64,000 nt of DNA from Patescibacteria group bacterium (GTDB taxonomy: Bacteria; Patescibacteriota; UBA1384; XYA2-FULL-43-10; 1-14-0-10-43-13). The stretch lies in the NCBI GenBank assembly GCA_041674765.1, contig JBAYVE010000003.1, positions 66,040 through 130,039 on the forward strand. Reading direction: 5' to 3'. The notes under the pieces were generated by a model that worked only from the letters and a program-made list of their open reading frames with translations, did no database searches and was not told the DNA's origin. This document shows, in pieces, positions 31,669 to 42,844 of the stretch; within the stretch, counting starts at the first letter, position 1, and each line of letters begins with the position of its first letter. The translations under genes and the position numbers were made by a program.

Positions 31669-32531
31669 TTGCCCTGTCTAAGCAATGCTATTAGTCTATT
31701 TTTCAGTCGTTCTTCTGTTATTCTCCTGTCAAGCTTGCCATTCACTGCCATTGAGATATAGCCGGTTTCTTCAGAAACAATAATAGCAACGGCGTCAGAA
31801 TTCTCTGTGATACCAAGTCCGGCCTTATGACGTGTTCCCAAATCAGAACTAAGGTATGCCTCAGAGACAGGCAAAATTGATCTGGCCGAAAGTATTTGAT
31901 CCCCAGAGATGATTACTGCACCATCATGAAGGGGTGACTTAGGAAAAAATATTGTCAAAAGCATATCTCTGGATACTTGTGCATTTATCTCTGTACTCTT
32001 CTCGATGTATTCGCGAAGACCAGTTTGACGCTGAAACACTATTAAAGCGCCAATTTTATTCTGAGACAAGGTTATAACTGTACTGACGATACTCTCGACC
32101 AGAGCTAGAGGCTTGGTATGAGAGTTTAATTCTCGTATAAACTTAGCCCGCCCAAGCTTTTCCAGCGCAGAACGCAGCTCAGGCTGAAATACGATCGGAA
32201 TAGCTACAACAAGCATCGTCATCAGATACTTCAAAATCCAGTTCAGAAGGATAAGATTAAATAAATTTCCTAGAGCGAAAAGACAGATAATTATAACGAG
32301 ACCATATAATATACGTGCTGCCCTTGTCTCACGAAGGAAGACATAACCCCAGTAGAGCAACAGACCGACGATGAGAATATCTAAGATAAATGTAAGATAA
32401 CCAGTTCCAGAAACAATCCTGAAACTGTCTATCAGATGACTTGCTTTGATTGCATCTCCAAAAATTTTGCCGCCAGCTTCCAAATTCCCTCTCTCAAGGT
32501 TAAACAATAATACTATTATATCATACAACAA
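31665..32531 (-). CDS. cdaA: Diadenylate cyclase CdaA.
   Basis: Three N-terminal transmembrane helices and a DAC domain with GALIVF, HDGAVII, GTRHKAG and SEETG. Confidence 0.88.
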   Translation of the reverse strand: MLYDIIVLLFNLERGNLEAGGKIFGDAIKASHLIDSFRIVSGTGYLTFILDILIVGLLLYWGYVFLRETRAARILYGLVIIICLFALGNLFNLILLNWILKYLMTMLVVAIPIVFQPELRSALEKLGRAKFIRELNSHTKPLALVESIVSTVITLSQNKIGALIVFQRQTGLREYIEKSTEINAQVSRDMLLTIFFPKSPLHDGAVIISGDQILSARSILPVSEAYLSSDLGTRHKAGLGITENSDAVAIIVSEETGYISMAVNGKLDRRITEERLKNRLIALLRQGK

Positions 32532-32540
32532 CCAAAAAAA

Positions 32541-34319
32541 TTATTCGACTACCCGTTTTCTATGCTCGGTCTTGAAAGTGATAAAAGTATCGCCGACAGC
32601 GATATTGGCGCCCGCAGGCAGGCTGAAGCCGCATTCGCTCCCTGATTCGCATTCCTTTACCTCACTCTTCTCTCGTCTGAGACTCAGTATTTTGGTTCTA
32701 TATTTTTCGTTTTTATCCTGAAAAAATTTGATCTCATCATTAGCGCTGATCTTACCACTTTCTACCGATCCTCCCGCAACAAAACCTTTTTTGTCATCTC
32801 GGAAAATCGCCAATACCTTGCCTGAACCAAGTTGCTCCTCGATTACCTCCGCGGGCAGTAAATTGGAAAGCTCTTCTTTAATATAATCAATCATCTCATA
32901 TATAACCGGAAATGTCTTGATGATGACGCCTTCTTTCTCGGCGATTCTTTTTGCGGCCCCAAAAACGGTAGCGCGGAAGCCTAGGACTTGGGATTTGGTT
33001 GACTTTGCCAAAGTGACATCTGATTCTGAAATAGGGCCGACTCCCTCAGAAATAATTTTTATACCATAATTTTCGCTTGTTATCTCGCCAATCGATTTCT
33101 TTACAGCTTCGAGGGAACCTTTTACGTCGCATTTAATCACAAGTTTTAGTTCGGTGAATTCGACGTATTCCTGGCCTTCTTCAGATTGTTTGATCCTGTG
33201 TGCAGTCGCAATATGAATTTGGGGTTTCGCAGAAAACGCCTTTGTGGCATTTTCCTTCGCTTCTTTCTCGTTTGCAAAAGCAGCAAGACGATCACCAAAA
33301 TCAGGTAGGGACTTCAAACCGGAAATTTTAATTGGAGTACTCGGACCGGCGGATTCGATCGTATTTCCACTGAAATCTTCGAGAGTCCTGATTTTACCAT
33401 AGACCGAACCGATCGCGACTGGTTCGCCTTTTCTCAAAGTACCATTTTCGATTAAAACCAGGGCCAAAGAACCTTTGCCTTTCTGCATCTTTGCCTCGAT
33501 GACAATACCAACAGCTGGGCTATCCGGATTAGCTTTGAGATCCATTATCTCCGCCTGAAGTAATATCATCTCGAGAAGGTCATCGACACCTTTGCCAGTT
33601 TTAGCCGATATTTCAACCATAATGGTTTTGCCGCCCCAGTCTTCCGCCACAAGTCCATATTCTGTCAGTTGCTGTTTAACCTTCATTATATCCGCGTCAG
33701 GAAGGTCAACTTTATTGATTGCAACGATGATCGGTACATTATTAATTCTGGCCTGCTCAATCACTTCAACCGTCTGGGGCATTACACCGTCATTTGCGGC
33801 GACGATCAAAACGATAATATCAGTTATGGCAGTGCCATGCTCACGCATAGCTGAGAAAGCAGCGTGTCCGGGGGTATCAATAAAAGTGATGGTTTTATTT
33901 TTTATTTCTTTGTTCCGAGTATTATCAAGAGTGACCTGGTATGCAGTAATATGCTGAGTAATTCCGCCTGATTCGCCAGCGGCGACATGAGCTCTTCGGA
34001 TATTATCCAAAAGTGTTGTTTTGCCATGGTCGACATGCCCCATAATTGTTACCACTGGCGGCCTTGGAACTAGGTTTTTCGTGCTCACCTCAGTCTTCGT
34101 GTGTATTTTTGGAGCCGCCTCTTCTTTGTGTTCAACGGCAATATCCAAGTAATCGCCGATAATAGAAGCTGTCTCAAAATCAATGGTCTCGTTGATAGTG
34201 GCCAAAATACCATTTTTCATCAGCTCAGAAATAACTGAGGTAACAGGCAAATCTGCCAAGTCTGAAAATTCCTTGACTGTTACGACATCGCCGATTTTTA
34301 TTGTTTTTTTGTCTGCCAC
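32541..34319 (-). CDS. infB: Translation initiation factor IF-2 (short form).
   Basis: [24 protein letters not shown], 592 aa. Confidence 0.93.
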   Translation of the reverse strand: MADKKTIKIGDVVTVKEFSDLADLPVTSVISELMKNGILATINETIDFETASIIGDYLDIAVEHKEEAAPKIHTKTEVSTKNLVPRPPVVTIMGHVDHGKTTLLDNIRRAHVAAGESGGITQHITAYQVTLDNTRNKEIKNKTITFIDTPGHAAFSAMREHGTAITDIIVLIVAANDGVMPQTVEVIEQARINNVPIIVAINKVDLPDADIMKVKQQLTEYGLVAEDWGGKTIMVEISAKTGKGVDDLLEMILLQAEIMDLKANPDSPAVGIVIEAKMQKGKGSLALVLIENGTLRKGEPVAIGSVYGKIRTLEDFSGNTIESAGPSTPIKISGLKSLPDFGDRLAAFANEKEAKENATKAFSAKPQIHIATAHRIKQSEEGQEYVEFTELKLVIKCDVKGSLEAVKKSIGEITSENYGIKIISEGVGPISESDVTLAKSTKSQVLGFRATVFGAAKRIAEKEGVIIKTFPVIYEMIDYIKEELSNLLPAEVIEEQLGSGKVLAIFRDDKKGFVAGGSVESGKISANDEIKFFQDKNEKYRTKILSLRREKSEVKECESGSECGFSLPAGANIAVGDTFITFKTEHRKRVVE

Positions 34320-34375
34320 TTAGCTCCTTATAAAGTATGAAGATGTATGATACCAAACTTAAATCGAATTAGCAA

Positions 34376-37300
34376 TTATTCTTTACCCCAATAATTGGCC
34401 TTGGTGGACGAATCACTTTCGTCCACTAAATTCTCCGTTTCTTTCTTGCCGGCATTCTCATTCGCAATTTCAATATTATCGCCATAAAATTTTACATTGA
34501 TTTGTGGTTTTTTGATGGCATTTATCTCTTTTGGAACTACTGGGGTAGATATAGCCGAGGCCGAATCTGTTGGTTTAGCCTCCTTAGTAATTTTCTTCCT
34601 ATTATCTACCTTCGGTTGCCCTATTTCTGCCTTTCCTTTCGTAGGATCATCGGGAGCGTCAAAGGATATCTGCTCCTGTTCAGCCTCAGCATTGGTATCG
34701 GGCAAAATAAACGCGACAGAGGAGACCTTATCATTTTCCTTAAGCCTCATCAAAGTTACGCCTTGAGTATCTCGTCCCAATCTCTTGATATTCTTTAATT
34801 CCATTCGAATAAACTGCCCTTTTCTTGAAGCCAAAACAACGTCACCCTTTTCGCCATATACAATATGCATTCCAATCACATTGCCAGTTTTGCTAGTACA
34901 GTTTGCTGCTCTTATCCCCATCCCACCTCTCTTCTGAATATGGAACTGCCGCAGACCACTTCGCTTGCCAAACCCGTTTTCAAGAACTACTAGCATATCA
35001 GGGGAAACAGCTGTCTTCTTCGTAGACTCGGTTGGCCACAGATTGCCAGGTACAACATCCATCGACATAACACGGTCGTTGGCCCTAAGTTTCATGCCGG
35101 TGACGCCCGAAGCACTTCTGCCCATAGGCCTGACGTCGGATTCTGCGTAACAGATGGCTTGACCCTTTTCTGAAACCTCAACGATATAGTCATCTCCACC
35201 CGTCGTTTGAACCCACTTCAGCTCATCTTTTCCCTTCAACCCCATTGCAAGAATACCTGTTTTCCGGATATTGTCATATTTTTCGATTTCTGTCTTTTTT
35301 ATCTGACCATGAGTAGTACCCATGACGAAATATTTGCTTTTATCGCTCGTCGCTGAAGTGAGCAAGGCAGTAACTTTCTCATCTGAACCGATCTGAATAA
35401 TATTGACGACTGGAGTACCCTTTGATTGTCTGGACGTTGCAGGGAGTTCATAGACCTTACTTTTGAAAACACGGCCCTTGTTAGTAAAGAAATAGATATC
35501 ATCATGTGTTCGGACACAAGCAAGATGATCCACAATGTCTTCCTCTTTTGTAGTCATTCCAACGACGCCGACCCCGCCACGAACTTGTCTGCGGTAAGTA
35601 TTGACTTCCTGTCTCTTAATGTAATTACCCCGACTCAAGGATACAATAACCTGCTCGTCTGGGATCAGATCCTCCGCTCGGAATTGACCGAGAGCTTGAG
35701 GGATGATAGTAGTCCGTCTCTTATCACCAAACCTTTCGGTAACATCAGCTAGATCGTCCTTAATCAAACCAAGAATCTTTTCAGGATGATCCAATAGATC
35801 CTTTAAGTAAGCGATCCTTGCCATAATCTCATTAAACTCATCTTCAATCTTTTTTCTCTCCAACGCGGCCAGTGCTGATAATCTCATATCGAGGATCGCA
35901 TCGGCCTGAACCACCGAAAAAGAAAACTTGGCAATCAAATTCTTCTTAGCCTCATCACGGTTAGCAGAGGCCCTGATTGTGGTTATAACCTCATCTATAT
36001 GATCAAGGGCAATCTTCAACCCTTCGAGGATATGGGCGCGGTCTTCCGCCTTTTTTAGTTCAAAAACCGTACGCCTCTTTATAACCTCTTTGCGATGGTC
36101 GATATAGAACTGCAAAATATCTTTGAGTGTCATAACCTGAGGTTCAAGTTCAGGAGTCAATGCAAGCATATTTACATGGAAAGCTGTCTGAAGGGGGGTC
36201 AGCTCGAAGAGGCGGTTTAATACTTTCTTTGGATATGCACTGGATTTGAGCTCAATTACCACCCGTACACCGTTTCGATCCGATTCATCCCTCAAATCAG
36301 AGATACCATCTATCCTTTTCTCTTTGACCAAATCAGCGATCTTCTCAATCATTGTTGATTTATTTACCTGGTACGGGATCTCGGTAACAATAATTTTAAA
36401 TCCTCTTTTTGTCTCCTCAATTTCCGCTTTGGCCCGCATCAAAATCCGGCCCTTGCCAGTAGCGTAAGCTGTTTTGATATCTTCAACATTATAAATATTT
36501 GCGCCCGTCGGAAAATCAGGACCTTTAATATGCTTCATTAGCTCATCAAGGTCTGCTTCCGGATTATCGATCAAAGCGCAAATGCCCTTACAAAGTTCAC
36601 CCAGATTGTGTGGGGGAATATTGGTAGCCATACCGACAGCAATGCCCATAGTTCCGTTTAAAAGCAGATTAGGAACACGCGCAGGCATAACAATCGGCTC
36701 TTGAGTTGTGCCGTCATAATTATCCTGCCAGTCTACAGTGTCCTTATCAAGATCAGCCACCATCTCTTCAGCGATAGCAGACATCCGGCACTCTGTATAA
36801 CGCATGGCAGCTGCAGAGTCACCGTCCATTGAGCCAAAATTGCCCTGTCCGTCAACCATAGGATAGCGCATTGAGAAATCTTGAGCCAAACGAACTAACG
36901 TATCGTAGGCAGCGACATCGCCGTGAGGGTGGTAATTACCGATTACTTCACCGACTACTTTGGCAGATTTACGGTATTTAACATTGTGGCGAAGACCAGT
37001 TGCATACATTGCATAGAGAACCCGGCGATGAACAGGTTTTAGACCGTCCCTGACGTCCGGGAGAGCTCTAGAGATGATAACGCTCATTGCATACGAAAGA
37101 TATGAAGTCTCCATCTCAGAGACAAGCTCCTGCGGCCTAATATGGCCAACCGCTGGATCGTAAACATTTTCGACAATAGACTTATCATCCAAACCTTCAG
37201 ATTTCACAAAACCGGACCGGTCTATAACTGAATCGGAATTTTCTAGTTCCTCTTCGACGCCTGACTCTTCAGAATTTTCCACTTCGTCAGTAGAAATCTG

Positions 37301-37393
37301 ATCATTTTCTTCCTCTTGATCAGTATCAAGGGTTTCAACCTCAGGCTCAAACTCTGTATTTTCTTCTAAATTATTATTTTGTTCGTCAACCAT
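34376..37393 (-). CDS. gyrA: DNA gyrase subunit A with an acidic N-terminal extension and a C-terminal extension.
   Basis: [23 protein letters not shown], active-site Tyr region and beta-pinwheel repeats, 1005 aa. Confidence 0.95.
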   Translation of the reverse strand: MVDEQNNNLEENTEFEPEVETLDTDQEEENDQISTDEVENSEESGVEEELENSDSVIDRSGFVKSEGLDDKSIVENVYDPAVGHIRPQELVSEMETSYLSYAMSVIISRALPDVRDGLKPVHRRVLYAMYATGLRHNVKYRKSAKVVGEVIGNYHPHGDVAAYDTLVRLAQDFSMRYPMVDGQGNFGSMDGDSAAAMRYTECRMSAIAEEMVADLDKDTVDWQDNYDGTTQEPIVMPARVPNLLLNGTMGIAVGMATNIPPHNLGELCKGICALIDNPEADLDELMKHIKGPDFPTGANIYNVEDIKTAYATGKGRILMRAKAEIEETKRGFKIIVTEIPYQVNKSTMIEKIADLVKEKRIDGISDLRDESDRNGVRVVIELKSSAYPKKVLNRLFELTPLQTAFHVNMLALTPELEPQVMTLKDILQFYIDHRKEVIKRRTVFELKKAEDRAHILEGLKIALDHIDEVITTIRASANRDEAKKNLIAKFSFSVVQADAILDMRLSALAALERKKIEDEFNEIMARIAYLKDLLDHPEKILGLIKDDLADVTERFGDKRRTTIIPQALGQFRAEDLIPDEQVIVSLSRGNYIKRQEVNTYRRQVRGGVGVVGMTTKEEDIVDHLACVRTHDDIYFFTNKGRVFKSKVYELPATSRQSKGTPVVNIIQIGSDEKVTALLTSATSDKSKYFVMGTTHGQIKKTEIEKYDNIRKTGILAMGLKGKDELKWVQTTGGDDYIVEVSEKGQAICYAESDVRPMGRSASGVTGMKLRANDRVMSMDVVPGNLWPTESTKKTAVSPDMLVVLENGFGKRSGLRQFHIQKRGGMGIRAANCTSKTGNVIGMHIVYGEKGDVVLASRKGQFIRMELKNIKRLGRDTQGVTLMRLKENDKVSSVAFILPDTNAEAEQEQISFDAPDDPTKGKAEIGQPKVDNRKKITKEAKPTDSASAISTPVVPKEINAIKKPQINVKFYGDNIEIANENAGKKETENLVDESDSSTKANYWGKE

Positions 37394-37422
37394 TTCTATC
37401 CTCTATATTAGAAAACTAACTT

Positions 37423-39468
37423 TTAGATATCAAGATTCTGCGCCGTTTTGGCCCTAGTCTGAATAAACTTCTTACGTGGCGGGACTTGATCACCCATAAG
37501 CATCGTGAAAACAGCATCGGACTTCTCTGCATCATCAATTGTAACTTGGAGCAAAATCCGGTTTTCTGGATTCATCGTAGTCTCCCAAAGCTGAGTTGGA
37601 TTCATTTCTCCAAGACCTTTAAATCGCTGAATCATCACACCAGTTGCTTCGACTTTGTCGCCTCTGAATTTTTTGACGATCTTATCTCTTTCTTCATCGC
37701 TATAAACCCAGTGTTTCTCTTTGCCTTTCGAAACCGAATAAAGTGGAGGCTGTGCGATATAGATATGGCCATGCGATATTAAATCCGGGAAATTACGATA
37801 GAAAAAGGTGAGAAGCAACGTCCTAATATGAGCACCATCTACATCTGCATCAGTCATAATAATTATCCGGTCATAACGAAGTTTTGAATAATTAATATCT
37901 TCACCGACGCCTACCCCCATTGCCACGATAAGGGCTTTTATCTCGTCTGAAGAAAGCATCCTATCTAGACGAGCTCTTTCTACATTTAAGATCTTGCCAC
38001 GAAGGGGCAAAATAGCTTGAAAGTTTCGATCCCGGCCTTGCTTGGCAGAACCGCCAGCTGAATCACCCTCAACGATATAGATTTCAGTTTTTTTCGAATC
38101 TTTAGAGGAACAATCAGCGAGCTTTCCAGGCAAAGTCATGCCCTCAAGAGCGCCTTTTCTGATAATAGTATCCCGTGCTGCTCGAGCTGCCAATCTAGCT
38201 TTTGCTGAAAGTGTACATTTGTCGATAATTTTTTTGGCTTCACTGGGATGCTCTTCCAGGTAAATTGTGAGCGCTTCGGCAGTAACAGAATCAACAACCG
38301 TTCTAACTTCGGTATTACCAAGCTTTGCTTTTGTCTGCCCCTCAAACTGAGGATCTGGCAACTTCACAGATAAAACTGCGGTAAGACCTTCTCTAACATC
38401 CTCGCCCGTCAAAACATCCTTGGTTAGATTGTTCTTTCTGGCATAATCATTTAGAGCTCGGGTTAGAGCAGTTTTGAATCCAGTGAGATGAGTTCCACCC
38501 TCAGGTGTATTAATGTTATTTGCAAACGAGTAAAGATGCTCTTTGAAATCATTAGTGTAGGCAAGAGAAAGTTCTACGATGACACCACTCTGCTGTTTTT
38601 CGATATAAACAGGGGGCTCAGTATATGATTCTCTATTCTTGTTGAGATGACGAACATAAGAGGAGATACCACCCTCAAAATAAAATGAATAATGCTGAGG
38701 ACCGTTTTTTTCAATAATCTCTTCGTCTTCGTCTCCACCGGCCCTGCCGGTTCGGACGGTCTCGTCTCCAGTTTCCTCCTCGTCCTTCTCGGCCTTTGGT
38801 GCCTGTAGATGTTTGTCCTCACGCTCATCAACAATACTAATCATCACACCTTTTGTGAGGTACGCCTGCTGACGGCAACGGTTCAGGACGGTCTGATAAG
38901 AAAACTCGGTAGTCGAGGTAAAGATTTCCGGATCAGGTATAAAAGTAATCTTTGTTCCGGTGCCTTCAGCCACGCCAACCGCTTTTACATTCGCGACGGC
39001 ATCGCCTTGCCTAAACTCTTGAGAGTACAGTTTACCATTCCTTTTGACCTCAGCCTTGACCCACAAGCTCAAAGCGTTTACCACAGAAACACCAACACCA
39101 TGCAGACCGCCAGATATTTTATAACCGCCGTCGCCAAACTTTCCCCCGGCATGAAGGACGGTCAATACTGTTTCTAGCGCAGACTTCCCAGTTGCCTTGA
39201 CGATATCGACGGGGATACCACGTCCGTTATCATCGACGGAAACCGAGCCATCTTTATGAATAGTGACAATAATTTTGTCGCAGAAACCGGCCATTGCCTC
39301 ATCGATAGAGTTATCTAAAACTTCCCAGATCAGGTGGTGCAGACCATCACTGCCTGTGCCGCCGATGTACATTCCGGGACGTTTGCGGACAGGGGCCAGC
39401 CCTTCAAGAACTGTAATTTTTGAAGCATCATATGATTCGGTTACTTTTTTCTTTTGATCTTCAGACAT
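37423..39468 (-). CDS. gyrB: DNA gyrase subunit B.
   Basis: GHKL ATPase LHHLIWEVLDNSIDE and a TOPRIM EGDSAGG motif, 681 aa. Confidence 0.95.
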   Translation of the reverse strand: MSEDQKKKVTESYDASKITVLEGLAPVRKRPGMYIGGTGSDGLHHLIWEVLDNSIDEAMAGFCDKIIVTIHKDGSVSVDDNGRGIPVDIVKATGKSALETVLTVLHAGGKFGDGGYKISGGLHGVGVSVVNALSLWVKAEVKRNGKLYSQEFRQGDAVANVKAVGVAEGTGTKITFIPDPEIFTSTTEFSYQTVLNRCRQQAYLTKGVMISIVDEREDKHLQAPKAEKDEEETGDETVRTGRAGGDEDEEIIEKNGPQHYSFYFEGGISSYVRHLNKNRESYTEPPVYIEKQQSGVIVELSLAYTNDFKEHLYSFANNINTPEGGTHLTGFKTALTRALNDYARKNNLTKDVLTGEDVREGLTAVLSVKLPDPQFEGQTKAKLGNTEVRTVVDSVTAEALTIYLEEHPSEAKKIIDKCTLSAKARLAARAARDTIIRKGALEGMTLPGKLADCSSKDSKKTEIYIVEGDSAGGSAKQGRDRNFQAILPLRGKILNVERARLDRMLSSDEIKALIVAMGVGVGEDINYSKLRYDRIIIMTDADVDGAHIRTLLLTFFYRNFPDLISHGHIYIAQPPLYSVSKGKEKHWVYSDEERDKIVKKFRGDKVEATGVMIQRFKGLGEMNPTQLWETTMNPENRILLQVTIDDAEKSDAVFTMLMGDQVPPRKKFIQTRAKTAQNLDI

Positions 39469-39600
39469 TGAAGCGCTCCCTTTAATATTTCCAAACTAAG
39501 AAACCACAAAAGTGATTCTTTACTTATTTTAAACCCTTTCTGACCAAATCGCAAGCCATTAAACCCTAGCGGCTGTTATACAAAAAAAATGCATTCTGAC

Positions 39601-39627
39601 GCATCCTGCAGGTTTTTAGAGGGATGC
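39601..39627 (-). terminator. Hairpin GCATCC..GGATGC followed by a T-run on the minus strand; terminates the DUF4012-like gene.
   Basis: Read from the sequence. Confidence 0.5.
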
Positions 39628-39635
39628 CAAGATAG

Positions 39636-41717
39636 CTAAATCTTTTTGAAGTGAAGAGTAATCTCTTTATCCGATTGAAGATCGAAATTTAACTTCATTT
39701 TGCCATTGTATGAGTCTTTTACATTCTCGGGGAAAAAAGTTAGAGGATAATAGATGGTCAATTCAACCTTATCATTAGGGGCGCCAGGCTGCTTTTGAAA
39801 AAGGATCGAATAGTCAAAGTTATCGTTTGTTTGGACTTTGTAGTTCGGACGATACTCTATCTTTGCTCTGCTTGTGTCACCAGGAATTGTCGACATCCAA
39901 AAATTTATCACAGTTTTTCCAGCCTCCTTTGATATCCATGAAGGTTGTCCATCATGATAGCCTCGATCACAATAACGTTCGAAATTGCCCGAGAGAGGCA
40001 CGAAGTTAAGCAATTTACTCTCTTCCGGTACTAAAAAACGCACATAATTTCTATCCAATCCGTTTGGAAATTCATTCTTACCAGTGTGTTGCCTGATTAA
40101 TTCCAACGAGTTTTGAATAGTGCCGTCATCATTGATTCTAACATCAATTTTGGCCGTTTCGATCATACTCTGATTAGTCTTGGCGCCAGCGAGGTTAGAG
40201 TTATTCAAATAGAAATAGTCTGCAGTAGTCGGCTTCACTTCTCCTGTGAGATTTAATAATTGCAATCTGTTTTGAAAATCATCATTCTCAAAATTAAACA
40301 GTATATTTTTGGACTCCATTGATTTTACGAGAGAGGAAACAATAAGAGAACAGCTACCCGCCTTTCCGCATTCGGCGATCCTGTCGATCACGATCGGCAT
40401 CATATCGCCAAGCATTTTTTTAGGCTCATTTTCTTTCATTCCACCTTCGCGGCCAAAATAGGTAACTTGAACTTCATTTTCTACCGCGAGACGGAAATTA
40501 TCTGCATTGACTTCAAGATTATAAGCGGGCATGGCGATTGGACCAATCACTTTAAGCAAGGAGATAAATGCGGTGGTATCGATTGTAATGGCTCCGTCGA
40601 CATGCTGGACAGCTTCCTTTTCATAGAAATCACGGATTGTGTCCAATGCTTCCTTTCCGTCGACAGAAAAGCCGGATTGCTTTAAGGTCAAATATCCCCC
40701 GTTGAATGCCTCAAGTTCCGTTGGCGCTGGAATCTGCTCTCTCTTTAGAAATGCATCGTCTAGCTTATAGATATTTGTACCAAAGTCGATATTCCTTAGC
40801 TTCCCTCCCTCAAATTTGGCGATACCGAAAGATCCAAAAGACCCTCCGCTGCCTCCGCGAAGCTCATCATTATTCTGAAAAATTATCAAAATATTCTTTT
40901 GGCCGGCATCCGGAACTGACAACCAAGGTAGATCTTTAGTAAGTAAAGGTCCGGCCTTCGCAAAAATCACCTCCATTCGATCAATATAATCTCTAAGTTG
41001 GACAGACTTCTCATCATCATAAAACTGAAGACGGCCCTGCTGAAATTTCAGCTCGTCTGAAACTTGATTAATTAAACTTATCGAACTTTTGCCAAGGAGA
41101 GTTAAATCCGCAAGATAATCAGAACCAGGCTTTTTTAGAATTCCGTCTTTATCGACTTCTATTCTCTCGGGCAATTTTGTAATATCTGCAATAACATTTA
41201 ATAAAGTCAGACTTCTGGTTATTCTCGATTTACTATGCAAAATATTGAAATAAGGCAAGTTTTGTCCAAATGACTCGGAAAATAACTGTGCCTCAGACGT
41301 TATTTTTCCCATATCTTGTAGATTTGAGGTTAGAACGCCAAAGTTTCCTGTTTCCAAAGAATTTTTGATGTTTGAAAGAATTTGGCTGAAAGAGTCGTTG
41401 TATAATCTTTCGCCTTTTTTTAATTTATGAGCATGTGTATAAAAGAAGAAGGCTAAAAAGGACAAAAACATTATATATAATATCTTCTTTAAAAGTTTCG
41501 GGAACTTTTTGGTGGAAGTTGTCCTGTGGGTTTGAACCGCGAAAGCAGTCTCATCCGACGGCAGAGTCCAACTCTCATTGATATTCTGGAAATCAACGCC
41601 CGGTTTGACAAGCTCGGCAGTCATTTGGGATTCGTTGATATCAAATAGACCATCCCCTATTTCCGAATGGTGTTCTTTTTCTCCTTGATTTCCTTTTAGA
41701 CCATCGATATGCTTCAA
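39636..41717 (-). CDS. Large membrane-anchored extracytoplasmic protein, possibly DUF4012-like.
   Basis: 693 aa with an N-terminal transmembrane helix, next to glycosyltransferase genes. The family assignment is from memory only. Confidence 0.45.
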   Translation of the reverse strand: MKHIDGLKGNQGEKEHHSEIGDGLFDINESQMTAELVKPGVDFQNINESWTLPSDETAFAVQTHRTTSTKKFPKLLKKILYIMFLSFLAFFFYTHAHKLKKGERLYNDSFSQILSNIKNSLETGNFGVLTSNLQDMGKITSEAQLFSESFGQNLPYFNILHSKSRITRSLTLLNVIADITKLPERIEVDKDGILKKPGSDYLADLTLLGKSSISLINQVSDELKFQQGRLQFYDDEKSVQLRDYIDRMEVIFAKAGPLLTKDLPWLSVPDAGQKNILIIFQNNDELRGGSGGSFGSFGIAKFEGGKLRNIDFGTNIYKLDDAFLKREQIPAPTELEAFNGGYLTLKQSGFSVDGKEALDTIRDFYEKEAVQHVDGAITIDTTAFISLLKVIGPIAMPAYNLEVNADNFRLAVENEVQVTYFGREGGMKENEPKKMLGDMMPIVIDRIAECGKAGSCSLIVSSLVKSMESKNILFNFENDDFQNRLQLLNLTGEVKPTTADYFYLNNSNLAGAKTNQSMIETAKIDVRINDDGTIQNSLELIRQHTGKNEFPNGLDRNYVRFLVPEESKLLNFVPLSGNFERYCDRGYHDGQPSWISKEAGKTVINFWMSTIPGDTSRAKIEYRPNYKVQTNDNFDYSILFQKQPGAPNDKVELTIYYPLTFFPENVKDSYNGKMKLNFDLQSDKEITLHFKKI

Positions 41718-41734
41718 CGCCCCTCCCTGGCAAC

Positions 41735-42844
41735 TTACTTTTCCATAATCGAAACAACCTGTTCATAGAATTCTTTTTTGAACCTCTCACAAGAGAATCT
41801 CTCTGCATGACTGCGGATCACCTTTGAATCGAAGCCTTCTGACTTGAATGATTGAACCGCCCTGATGAGCGATTGTGCATTTTGTTCAGGAAATAAAATA
41901 CCTGTCTCGCCATCAATAACCGATTCTGAGACACCTCCCTTGGCGAAGGCAATGACCGGCCGGCCGGCCGACATGGCTTCGACTGGCACAATGCCGAAGT
42001 CCTCCTCGGCGGCAAATATAAAAGCCCGAGCTTCTGCATAATACTTTTTCATCTCATCATCCGACAGAAAACCTAAAAATTCGATATTACTTTTAGCTAT
42101 TTTCTGGAGATTACCCTTATCCGGACCGTGACCGATAATTTTCAAAGGCAATTTTAGCTCATTGAAAGCTTCTATAACCAAATCACATCTCTTGTAATCG
42201 ATCAGCCGGCTAACAAACAGAAAATAATCCTTAACGTTATCTTGATCCGTCGGCAGAAATTTATTTACATCAACACCCGGATATATGACATTGGCATCAC
42301 GCCGATAGTACTTTTTGATCCGGTTGGCAATATATTTGGAATTGGCTATATAATGATCTACCCGGGTAGCTGCGACACTATCCCAGATTCTCATTTCATG
42401 AATGACTTTTTGCCTAAGCCAGTTGAATCTACCTTTCGAGGCTCTGGGATCGACTTGCGGTTCCCAGAGATATCTCGGTGGCGTATGGCAGTATGAAATA
42501 TGAGTTGTTCCCGGTTTTGTAATAACACCCTTGGCTGCCACTGTAGTAGAGGATATGACAAGATCATACTTTGATAAATCGAACTGCTCAAAAGCAAAAG
42601 GAGTGAAAGGAACAAGAAGCTCCCTTTTGGTTTTCGTATATGGAATCTTTTGCAAAAATGAAGGCCGAACATCCAATTTAGCAAATGGTTTTGCCTTCTT
42701 GGGATCAAAAACAGCTGTAAAAATAGGAGCCTTTGGAAACAGCTCATGTAAATTTAGAAGGACCCGCTCGGCGCCAGCAACATTTGTGATCCATTCATGT
42801 ACGAGCGCGATATTCAGATTTTCCAAGGATTGCTTCATATACAA
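41735..42844 (-). CDS. Glycosyltransferase, GT4-type (retaining, GT-B fold).
   Basis: EDFGIVPVEAMSAGRPVIA motif, 369 aa. Confidence 0.85.
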   Translation of the reverse strand: MYMKQSLENLNIALVHEWITNVAGAERVLLNLHELFPKAPIFTAVFDPKKAKPFAKLDVRPSFLQKIPYTKTKRELLVPFTPFAFEQFDLSKYDLVISSTTVAAKGVITKPGTTHISYCHTPPRYLWEPQVDPRASKGRFNWLRQKVIHEMRIWDSVAATRVDHYIANSKYIANRIKKYYRRDANVIYPGVDVNKFLPTDQDNVKDYFLFVSRLIDYKRCDLVIEAFNELKLPLKIIGHGPDKGNLQKIAKSNIEFLGFLSDDEMKKYYAEARAFIFAAEEDFGIVPVEAMSAGRPVIAFAKGGVSESVIDGETGILFPEQNAQSLIRAVQSFKSEGFDSKVIRSHAERFSCERFKKEFYEQVVSIMEK

